A DNA stretch of 64,000 bases from a virus. The stretch lies in IMG/VR virus record IMGVR_UViG_3300046096_000928, positions 28,554-92,553 of that record; one strand, written 5' to 3'. This document shows positions 29,608-37,841 of the stretch, in pieces. Each line of letters starts with the position of its first letter. Position 1 is the first letter of the stretch. The position numbers were made by a program, and so were the translations under genes. The notes under the pieces are model-generated. The model was not told the origin of the DNA. It worked only from the letters and a program-made list of their open reading frames with translations, and made no database searches.

Positions 29608-29841
29608 TCAGTAAAAATTTATTTGTTTTTTTTCATAATAATCTAATTTTGTCTTTAAGATAACTAATTCTTTTTCTAAATCGGTTATTTTTTCATTTTG
29701 TTGGTCAATTCTTTTGTCTAATTGCTTTTCTACTTTATTAAGTCTATTCTCACTTATCATACCAAATAATAGACTTAGTAAAGTATAGCCACCTGTTATT
29801 GTAAATAAGACTTGCTGATAATGTTCTAATAAAAAAATCAT
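29608..29841 (-). CDS. Single-TM coiled-coil protein
   Basis: Hydrophobic helix followed by heptads. Confidence 0.45.
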   Translation of the reverse strand: MIFLLEHYQQVLFTITGGYTLLSLLFGMISENRLNKVEKQLDKRIDQQNEKITDLEKELVILKTKLDYYEKKQINFY

Positions 29842-29888
29842 CTTTTTTCTTCTCAGTCTATACTTTAATTGTATTAAAAGTATATTAA

Positions 29889-30125
29889 TTAAGATTTTAT
29901 CCCACGCTTTTTAGCTTCTTCGGCATATTTTGAATATTCCATTAATTCCATAGCTTTTCCCCCAAAAACTAATACTTGCTCATAGGGTACATAACGATCA
30001 ATGCCATACATTGCATCTACACCCTCTACAGATTCTTTTTCGATGTACTCTATCACAGCTAAAAGTTCATCATCTTTTAACTCCACAACTTCATAATCAT
30101 TTATTAATACGACTGGAGGTTTCAT
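29889..30125 (-). CDS. Hypothetical protein
   Basis: 78-aa ORF. Confidence 0.5.
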   Translation of the reverse strand: MKPPVVLINDYEVVELKDDELLAVIEYIEKESVEGVDAMYGIDRYVPYEQVLVFGGKAMELMEYSKYAEEAKKRGIKS

Positions 30126-30169
30126 TTTTTCTTACTCTAAACTATAATTTAATCATACTTCATTCGCAT

Positions 30170-30567
30170 TACAATATAAATCAAATTATTCACGCTGATT
30201 GTTTTGATATTCTTAAAGATTTACCTGATAATTCTATCGATGCAATCGTTACTGATCCGCCGTATTTCAAGGTAAAAAAGAACAATGGGATAATCCTGGA
30301 CATTCCCAACGGTATCATTTTATAAAGGTAAGCATCCTTGTGAAAAGCTCTTAGAATTAATAAAACATATAGTAAAAGCATCAACTACAGAGAATCAAGT
30401 AATATTAGATTGCGATCGCTGGTAATTTCACAACAGCGATCGCCTGTTTAGAATTAAATAGAAAATATATCTGTATTGAGAAGGATAAAGATTATTTTGA
30501 GATTGGCAAAGAGAGGATTGCCCGTTGGCATGAGAATAAACAAACTGACTTGTTTGCGGGTAATTAA
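30170..30567 (+). pseudogene. N4/N6 DNA methyltransferase remnant with internal deletion
   Basis: INQIIHADC..TDPPY joined almost directly to HPCEK..TTAIAC..IEKD. Confidence 0.8.
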
Positions 30568-30600
30568 TCTTAAGTAAATCTGTTATTTATGACTTAAAAA

Positions 30601-30719
30601 TGTTACAATAAATAAAGGAAGTGAATACTAGAAAAGCAACCCATAAATTGCGTTATGAATTGCTTATTATCATCTAGCATCCCCTAAACCATTTAACCTA
30701 AATAGGAGATATATTTATT
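30601..30719 (+). promoter_or_regulatory. Extended -10 promoter plus structured 5' leader, type A copy 3
   Basis: TGTTACAAT; CTAGA/TCTAG outer stem; AAGCAA-CC-CATAA/TTATG-AA-TTGCTT; CCCCTAAA...TAGGAG. Confidence 0.65.
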
Positions 30720-31460
30720 ATGGCAGAAAAAGCAGTAATTGCGTCAGTAGATTTTGGATACACAAAGATAGAAGGATTGATGTTGCCTGATGGGAGCTAT
30801 CGAATGGGTGTTAGTCAAATAGCCGTACTTTTACAGTTCAACACAAGTCAAGCATCGAGATACATAAGAAATTTACTCGGGAATGATCGCCAATTAGTAA
30901 AGATAGAATCTGATCTGAATAATAAACCGATCAATACTGTAACATTAGAACAATTTGAAGAGATTGTGCATAAAGCCACTCTAAAAGGAAATACACAAGC
31001 AATCGAACTATGGAATCAGAAAAACCCTACTTTAACGATACAAAAGAAAAAACGAGATATAAAAAAGAAGACTGGGTATGTTTATTTATTAGAAGGTGTT
31101 GATGTTTTAAAAGTAGGGTTTTCCACCAACATAAAAAATAGAATAAAAACATTACAGCGATGGGGCGGGGAGTTAAGTCTTTTAATGCAAATAAAAGGGG
31201 ATATTCCTTTAGAAAGAAGACTACATTCAGAATTACATAAAACAGGTAAATATTTTGGTGATGAATGGTATCCGTTATCTCGCAGAAAAGAAATAATCGA
31301 TTTAATGGCAGTCCAACATTTTAAATGTAATCGTGACAATATGACAACTGATCAGCAAGAAATGATCACTGATTTTGAACGAACTGTTAAACGTTTTGCT
31401 TTAAAATATGATCATGCTACCCCGATGGAATTAATTGATAAAGCATTGGAGACATTTTAA
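30720..31460 (+). CDS. Antirepressor-like N-terminal domain fused to GIY-YIG/T5orf172 domain
   Basis: IEGLMLPDGSYR...SQ; GYVYL...KVGFS.N...RI..LQ...EWY. Confidence 0.7.
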   Translation: MAEKAVIASVDFGYTKIEGLMLPDGSYRMGVSQIAVLLQFNTSQASRYIRNLLGNDRQLVKIESDLNNKPINTVTLEQFEEIVHKATLKGNTQAIELWNQKNPTLTIQKKKRDIKKKTGYVYLLEGVDVLKVGFSTNIKNRIKTLQRWGGELSLLMQIKGDIPLERRLHSELHKTGKYFGDEWYPLSRRKEIIDLMAVQHFKCNRDNMTTDQQEMITDFERTVKRFALKYDHATPMELIDKALETF

Positions 31461-31691
31461 ACTTAATCGCAAACCAAAATTAGAGCAATAGATAAAATAA
31501 CTTTTCTTGATTAAATTATCTATTGCTTTTTCTTTATTCTCTTTAGTTGCTGACATGGTTTGAGTGAACAGATAGATATATTGGAAGTTTTTATAATATC
31601 TTTATCTGTAAAACATTTAATTCTAAGGTTGTTAAATTGTTTTTAGGCATGATTAATTATATAGTAAATTTATAGCTATGATCCTTTTCAG

Positions 31692-32444
31692 CTATGATGA
31701 CAGATTCTCCAACTCTACTAACTGATCGAATAATTCATTACTTTTGGCTAACTGATTATTTAGATAATTATTATCCGAAGGTAATCCGTCGACTATTGGT
31801 AATTTATGAATTATACCGTCTTCAATTAATTCATAAATACTGACATCTTCTATCTTTAAACAAGAATTTTTTGGCACAATATTTTGATTTTTTATTCCTT
31901 TCGCTTTTATCGCTAAGGTTAAAGCATTTAAAATATAAGGGCTATCAGTAGTAAAAATAAAAAGATTATCACTATTATTAACCTCTTCTAATTTCTGATA
32001 TAATTTTTTTACTTGCTCTTTTACTGACAATCCTTCTTCTATATTTATAGCTATGATTTTTCCATCAAATACTTTATTCTGATCTATTAAACTAATAAAT
32101 TTAGATTTTTCTGTGAGTGATCTTAATTTAAGTTGTCTATCTATAAATTCAAATTTAAAATTATTCATTATGGCTATTAGCTCAGTAGTCTCAGAACAAG
32201 GAGTGCAATCTATTAAATACCAATTATCGAAATTAGGTAAAATAATATCTGTCTTTTCATTTTGTCGATAGCGATAATCTAAAAATAGGAATTTCAAAAT
32301 TAATTTATAGATTTCTTTATTGCCATGTTGCCCAGTGAATAAAGTTACTTTTGTGATCTCCATAAAACCATCATTTTCTTGATAGCCTGATTTGATATTC
32401 CCTAAGTTTTTTACCTTGATTTTTAGCATTTTATTTATTCCCAA
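31692..32444 (-). CDS. Degenerate AAA_15/AAA_21-type ATPase homolog
   Basis: IKVKNLG.I, TLFTG (no GKS), TTDSPYIL and GLPSD.NYLN..L. Confidence 0.6.
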   Translation of the reverse strand: MGINKMLKIKVKNLGNIKSGYQENDGFMEITKVTLFTGQHGNKEIYKLILKFLFLDYRYRQNEKTDIILPNFDNWYLIDCTPCSETTELIAIMNNFKFEFIDRQLKLRSLTEKSKFISLIDQNKVFDGKIIAINIEEGLSVKEQVKKLYQKLEEVNNSDNLFIFTTDSPYILNALTLAIKAKGIKNQNIVPKNSCLKIEDVSIYELIEDGIIHKLPIVDGLPSDNNYLNNQLAKSNELFDQLVELENLSS

Positions 32445-32742
32445 TAATAGTTACCATTTGATAAGTCGCAAAATGTTCTTTAATCACTCCTATTAATTGT
32501 GTATGCTTTTTATCTCCGTAAATCTCAAGATATTTTTCGCCCTTAGAAATAAAATACCAATGATCAGGTACAGCAGTAACAAGATAATCACCATCTTCTG
32601 CTATTATCTCACAACCTAATTCAATTAATTCCTTATGAACAAGGTTTTTAGGTTGTTTGCTCCAATGCTTGTAAGCGGGGAAATTGATAATCATTTTCTC
32701 ATGTTGTATAAATGCCGTTAATTCTAATTGTTCATTTTTCAT
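32431..32742 (-). CDS. Hypothetical protein
   Basis: Coupled ORF. Confidence 0.5.
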   Translation of the reverse strand: MKNEQLELTAFIQHEKMIINFPAYKHWSKQPKNLVHKELIELGCEIIAEDGDYLVTAVPDHWYFISKGEKYLEIYGDKKHTQLIGVIKEHFATYQMVTIIGNK

Positions 32743-33094
32743 AATTCACTACGATTACTCTAATATTTTTCTCTTTAGCTATATTAATCATGTGTTGAGT
32801 ACCTTTGCTTACACCATTCCAAAAGGCAATTAGCCCGTCTGCTATTTCAGCCATTTGTTGATTTCTTTTATACCCAGCTGACTTACCATAACGATCCCAG
32901 TCTGCTGGATATTTTAATATTTCAAATCCATTCTCAATAGCGTATTTTTCTCCTAAACTATCCGCTCCTTTAGCACGACCACTAATCACTGTGATACCGT
33001 TATTTTTCTGGTTAATAAGTAGCTGATCGCACTTAGTTTTTAATAAATCATAATCAGAAAAATAACGAGTGCCACAAATAATTACTTTAAACAT
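32732..33094 (-). CDS. SLOG/YspA-like (DUF2493) protein
   Basis: VIICGTR.F.DY, SG.AKGAD.LGE, ADW..YGKSAG..RN..MA, SKGT.HMI. Confidence 0.9.
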   Translation of the reverse strand: MFKVIICGTRYFSDYDLLKTKCDQLLINQKNNGITVISGRAKGADSLGEKYAIENGFEILKYPADWDRYGKSAGYKRNQQMAEIADGLIAFWNGVSKGTQHMINIAKEKNIRVIVVNYEK

Positions 33095-34607
33095 CTTGTT
33101 TATAATTTTCTTTTTGTTGTGATACTTTTTCTAATTCTAAACCTAGATAACCGATATGTAAAGGATCAATACTTGGGTTATCTTTGGCGATCTCTCGTAT
33201 TAAAATTAATGGATTTTGTCCGTAATATTCTTTTATCAAATTATCCTGTTTGTCAAGATGTAATACTTTAATTTTTTCTTTATATTTTATTTCCTGATCA
33301 TATTCAATAATAAAATTACCAACAGGATCGGCATAAGTTATTTTTTTATTCCCATAATATTGAGTTTCAATTAAACTATCGGCATTTTCAAAACAATCAT
33401 CATAAATGTGTGCCGATTGACTAATTGTTATTAATGGTGCTAACTCAAGTTTACTATCTACATTGTCTCTAATGTGTACTTGTAATGCCCTTAATCCCAT
33501 CGCATTAGCTACCCAAGCACTAAACATATCATTACTACGAAAAGTAGCCGTCATGCTTAATTTATTATCGATTATACGCACCCATATATGATTAAGACAA
33601 GGTGACCCCCCATGTTCATGGTCACTATCACCAGCATTACGTCCATAACGTGCTAATTCAAAAGGCAATGATTCAGGCATACCACAATCATCAATTACTT
33701 TAATTGTATTACGTTCACAACCGCTACCAGAATCCCATAAATTCATAACGGCACTAGCCGAATCAGTTTCTTTTTTTAATTTGTCGATTACTTCTTTAAT
33801 TTGATCCTTGCCAAACCATGAACGTAATCTTTGACCATAAGTATATTTAACACCTTCTTTATACGGAGCATCTTCTAACATTTGTGGTAGATAATTAGTA
33901 ATATAGTTTTGATCGACAGGTAAATAATTGGGAGTTGGGAAATAAAAATCGCTAGGTTCATCTGTAATTATTGCTTTTAAATCAATTAATTCTTGCCATT
34001 TACCATCATATCCAGTTGGTCTTATTGTGCCATTAGTTCTTATTCTATGAATAATTTTTACCCATGTATCGGCAATAGTTTTACCTGTTACTGTATGGGA
34101 ATAAATATTACTTGGGTTTATTGCTGTTTTACTTTCTTTTATTTCAAATTCGTAATATTTACGTTTCTTACGTTTGGCAAACTGTTTCTCATATATCCCC
34201 ATAGGCTCTTGATACGTCACCGTAATCGAATTTCTTAATTCTTCTAAGGCTTTTTTAGTTATCTCTATATCTAAGTATCCTTTAATCTTTGAATTAATCT
34301 CCCATTTATTGTTTTCTTGCGTAATACCGTACTTGAAAAAATCAAATAGACATTTACAACTACCACTATTTTGATCTTCTCTAGTGGTGCTTAGAACCCT
34401 CAATTGTGTAATCTGAGGATTTAATAATAAATTCCTAATTAGAAAATTTATTCCTCTTGAAGGGCTGTAAAGATTCCCTATTGCCGCATATTCTTTAGAT
34501 GCTAACTTTTTGGCGATCGCCTCTTTAGGTGTCCAGCCAGTGACAATAACTAGATCATCGCCTGTCCCATAAATTAATTGATTCGGTTTATGAATTGCTT
34601 TATACAT
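33087..34607 (-). CDS. thyA: Thymidylate synthase, long cyanobacterial type with N- and C-terminal extensions
   Basis: YTYGQRL, PCLNH, RSND...W.AN and SAHIY. Confidence 0.85.
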   Translation of the reverse strand: MYKAIHKPNQLIYGTGDDLVIVTGWTPKEAIAKKLASKEYAAIGNLYSPSRGINFLIRNLLLNPQITQLRVLSTTREDQNSGSCKCLFDFFKYGITQENNKWEINSKIKGYLDIEITKKALEELRNSITVTYQEPMGIYEKQFAKRKKRKYYEFEIKESKTAINPSNIYSHTVTGKTIADTWVKIIHRIRTNGTIRPTGYDGKWQELIDLKAIITDEPSDFYFPTPNYLPVDQNYITNYLPQMLEDAPYKEGVKYTYGQRLRSWFGKDQIKEVIDKLKKETDSASAVMNLWDSGSGCERNTIKVIDDCGMPESLPFELARYGRNAGDSDHEHGGSPCLNHIWVRIIDNKLSMTATFRSNDMFSAWVANAMGLRALQVHIRDNVDSKLELAPLITISQSAHIYDDCFENADSLIETQYYGNKKITYADPVGNFIIEYDQEIKYKEKIKVLHLDKQDNLIKEYYGQNPLILIREIAKDNPSIDPLHIGYLGLELEKVSQQKENYKQDV

Positions 34608-34660
34608 CTTTTTCTTTTAAAATTTTGTTAAAATATGAGAAATTACAAACAAGCTACAAA

Positions 34661-34855
34661 ATGAACAATAAAAAAAATTTACCACATTTCGACTTTGAAT
34701 TAAAATTAGAGCAAGAGTTTAGAATAAGAGAAGCTAAACTCTTGGTTTCTCTTATAAGTAGGGAAGAGTTAGAACAACTTTTTATTAGTATTTTTACCCA
34801 TAAATTGAGGCAGGATAATCAATTAACATTGATGTATAAAAAATCTTTTCTTTGA
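34661..34855 (+). CDS. nblA: Phycobilisome degradation protein NblA-like
   Basis: 64 aa; ELKLEQEF.I......ISREE....F motif; own TGTTAAAAT promoter at 34626. Confidence 0.75.
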   Translation: MNNKKNLPHFDFELKLEQEFRIREAKLLVSLISREELEQLFISIFTHKLRQDNQLTLMYKKSFL

Positions 34856-34856
34856 T

Positions 34857-35087
34857 TTATGGTAATCCTTTTACATTAAAGCAATGAGTTATAAAACGCT
34901 GATACTTTAAATAAAATTCTCTGAGTTTCCCATCAAGAAATCTGCCCCTATTCATTTCTGGTTTATTTAAAATGATATGAGAAATAGAAAGTAAGCTATT
35001 TAATTCAGTAATTAATTCATGCTTATTTGCCCTTTCTATTTCCAATATTTCCATCATAATAGGAGTCACTTTTTTATCCATCGCCAA
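34857..35087 (-). CDS. Hypothetical protein
   Basis: 76-aa ORF. Confidence 0.4.
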   Translation of the reverse strand: MAMDKKVTPIMMEILEIERANKHELITELNSLLSISHIILNKPEMNRGRFLDGKLREFYLKYQRFITHCFNVKGLP

Positions 35088-35341
35088 TATGTTTAATATC
35101 TATTTTTCTTTAGTTGAATCATTAGTTTCGAGATATTTAATGGCTTCTAAATCCATGATTACTCCTATTTTGTTTCTCAATCTTCACAATAATGTTCTAA
35201 AAGAAATTCTATACATTTTCTGTAGTCATTATCGGATTCCATCTTTTTTGCTAACCAGCTATAGCACTCTTCAGAAGGTTCGATTTTATCTATATTTTTA
35301 TTAGGCAATTGCTCTTTATCTTTATCCATCATTTTTTACTC

Positions 35342-35656
35342 CTATTTTGTTTGTTTTTCTTTTAATTCTTTAAGTCGATTAGTCTTATCTAATGCCTCGA
35401 AATAATCATCATAATAATTTACATTAGTAGTGCCTTCTCTACATTTTAGATGTCTTAAATCACGCATAAAACCATGATTAAAGAATAAACTAATTTCTAT
35501 TTTTGCCTGTTGTATTTCACAGCCTAAAAATCGTTCATATTGTTTACTCACAATAAAATAACCAGCTTCTCTATCTTCTAAATGATAAAAAACACCTGTC
35601 TGATCATTTTCTTTAATTCTTTGCCATTTTAATAAAATTTGTTTTAATTCTTCCAT
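35342..35656 (-). CDS. Hypothetical protein
   Basis: 104-aa ORF. Confidence 0.5.
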   Translation of the reverse strand: MEELKQILLKWQRIKENDQTGVFYHLEDREAGYFIVSKQYERFLGCEIQQAKIEISLFFNHGFMRDLRHLKCREGTTNVNYYDDYFEALDKTNRLKELKEKQTK

Positions 35657-35657
35657 G

Positions 35658-35855
35658 TTATTTACTTTCTTTTTTTACTAATTTGTATTCGACATTCTCT
35701 TTAGTTAGATTTATGTCTCCTTTGCATATTCCGATTAAAAGCAAAGTTATTGAACCTTTTTTACCCCATACATAATCCAAGTTAAAAGCTATTTTTCTTA
35801 ATCTTTCTAACATGTCAGCATCTAATGCTATTGTGTAGTTATTTTTTTTTGCCAT
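35658..35855 (-). CDS. Ribbon-helix-helix protein resembling the N-terminal domain of cyanobacterial WYL regulators
   Basis: YTIALD....L..IA....WG...SI..L...I..G.I. Confidence 0.55.
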   Translation of the reverse strand: MAKKNNYTIALDADMLERLRKIAFNLDYVWGKKGSITLLLIGICKGDINLTKENVEYKLVKKESK

Positions 35856-35885
35856 TTTTTATTTTCTTATTTTTTGTTCTTCTTT

Positions 35886-35929
35886 ATCATATCAAATACA
35901 TTGTAATATTACAATGTATTTGATATGAT
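35886..35929. repeat. 44-bp perfect palindrome upstream of RHH gene
   Basis: ATCATATCAAATACATTGTAAT|ATTACAATGTATTTGATATGAT. Confidence 0.85.
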
Positions 35930-35989
35930 GATTTATAAAGAAAGAAAACAAAGATAACTTATAAATATAAAATGTTAGATAAATAAAGA

Positions 35990-36298
35990 TTAAAAACTCA
36001 AAATTTTGGCAACTAAATCGTCAATAAAAGATAAATCTAATTTGAGTAATGGTTTAGATATATCCTCTTGTGGTGGATTACCCATCGCCCAATGTAAAAA
36101 TCGATATTGTGGATATTTTTCATTGAGTGTTTTTGTAATTTCTTTGACTAAGGTTAAAGTATAAACGTGTTTAGTTTTTACGAAACCCCTATCGATAGGA
36201 TAATCATAGCCATCTTGTGCTGTAAAGGTTGCCATGGTTTTATATCTAACGCCAAATAATTGGATGTGTCCGTTACGTTTTAATGGTATTACTTTCAT
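35990..36298 (-). CDS. Hypothetical protein
   Basis: 102-aa ORF. Confidence 0.5.
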   Translation of the reverse strand: MKVIPLKRNGHIQLFGVRYKTMATFTAQDGYDYPIDRGFVKTKHVYTLTLVKEITKTLNEKYPQYRFLHWAMGNPPQEDISKPLLKLDLSFIDDLVAKILSF

Positions 36299-36330
36299 GG
36301 TTTTATATTAACTGTGCATCAACTTAATTC

Positions 36331-36528
36331 TTAAATACCCACAATGATATGTTTATCTATTCCTTCAAGGAAGACATTATTCTTAACGAAATGTTGTATA
36401 TAAAAAGGTATAACGCTACAACCGCTTTTATCTTTATACCTTTTTATATAATTAGGGTAAGCTACAAAACAAATCGTATTGTTATTGCGAGATACTTCGT
36501 GAAATTCTTTTAGGATTTCTTGTATCAT
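36331..36528 (-). CDS. Hypothetical protein
   Basis: 65-aa ORF. Confidence 0.4.
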   Translation of the reverse strand: MIQEILKEFHEVSRNNNTICFVAYPNYIKRYKDKSGCSVIPFYIQHFVKNNVFLEGIDKHIIVGI

Positions 36529-36792
36529 TTCGACTGTAACCAGAGCATCCCCTACTCTAAAAATACTACATCTTTCATTACCTGTAAATGAGTTTTACTG
36601 ACATCAAATAAAGAAGGCTTGAGATCAGCATATTTTACTACATATTCATAACCAAAACATGGACGGAAATTATATCTTAAATAATCTCTTGGTACTTATG
36701 TAGGTAAATCTAACCGATTCACTTTTTCCCAAAACCGATCCCTTTTGCTTTTCCCATAATTCACTCCTATTATTGTTTTATTTAATCGCCAA

Positions 36793-36927
36793 CTAATCAT
36801 CATTTTGATCTAAATAATTAAGCAATAATTCAACTACCAAAGTATTTAATTGCTTATTATCTTTTACCAATTTTGCTTTTATCTCAGAGTGAAACTCCGC
36901 ATCTATTTTTAAATTTATATTTTTCAT
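36793..36927 (-). CDS. 44-aa RHH (ParG/CopG-like) protein, missed by ORF track
   Basis: MKNINLKIDAEFHSEIKAK......LNTLVVELLLNYL. Confidence 0.6.
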   Translation of the reverse strand: MKNINLKIDAEFHSEIKAKLVKDNKQLNTLVVELLLNYLDQNDD

Positions 36928-37047
36928 AGTACGTTTATATTTCATTCATATTTCTATTTTACCAAACAACGTAATAAAAGAATATTGACAAGGCTCAAAA
37001 CCATTGAGATTACGTTAAAAAAGTTTTCACCCTTGTCAGGAATTAAG

Positions 37048-37509
37048 TTAATTAAAATTTTCTAATTGTTTTAAAAGCCATTTTTTACGTTTAATTAAAG
37101 TTGACTTTGGGGTAATAGGAACTACCTCACAAGAATCTGATTCCCCCATGTGACAACTTTCTTTATTCATCTCCTCTCCACTACCAAAAGCTATATATTT
37201 GTCTTCATTAATTAACCAATAATCCTGTTTTAATCCGAACGTATAAATATCACCTTCATAGCCCCATTCTATTTCTGTTAGCGTCCCGTTATCGAAAAAA
37301 TCAGCTATTTTTGGTTTTATACCTCTTTTCTCTATTAACTCAGTATAAGCATCTAATTCTCTTTGAGTTTCTTCTAAATAATCTGTCAACAATTTTTTTT
37401 GTAATTTCCATTCATCTATTTGTCTTAATTCTTCATCTATTATTTTTAGTTTCCGTTCTAATACGGCGATAGAAAATAATAATTGTTGTTTTTCTTGCTC
37501 TAAACTCAT
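37048..37509 (-). CDS. Hypothetical coiled-coil protein
   Basis: 153-aa ORF. Confidence 0.5.
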   Translation of the reverse strand: MSLEQEKQQLLFSIAVLERKLKIIDEELRQIDEWKLQKKLLTDYLEETQRELDAYTELIEKRGIKPKIADFFDNGTLTEIEWGYEGDIYTFGLKQDYWLINEDKYIAFGSGEEMNKESCHMGESDSCEVVPITPKSTLIKRKKWLLKQLENFN

Positions 37510-37841
37510 TCTATTTTTAATTTAAATTATTCTGTAACTTCAACAGTTTCCGATTTGCTAAATCAACTACTCCACTATTTTCACTTTGTCTGCAACCTTC
37601 TAACCATTCTAAAAAAATTTCTATTGGAATACCGTTTTGATTATCTTACAAACATTTTTCTGCTAATATGTAGTCATTTTCATTCATAATTTATTTTTAT
37701 TGATTATTAATTAGTTTGCTAATGAATAATTTGATGATGGCTTATCCTATTTCGATTGAGATAGAACAAGCGTTAAAATGTTTCCCCCCCACTTAGACGT
37801 GACAAGATAAATTGTTACTCATAATTTACTCTTATTAATTA

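Noticed and set aside
6041-37800. Stop-codon reassignment suggested by in-frame stops (TAA 6041, TAG ~19788, TGA 20065, TAA ~36690 and ~37650)
   Set aside because: All three stop codons are involved, they co-occur with frameshifts, and core genes end normally with each; this is ordinary decay
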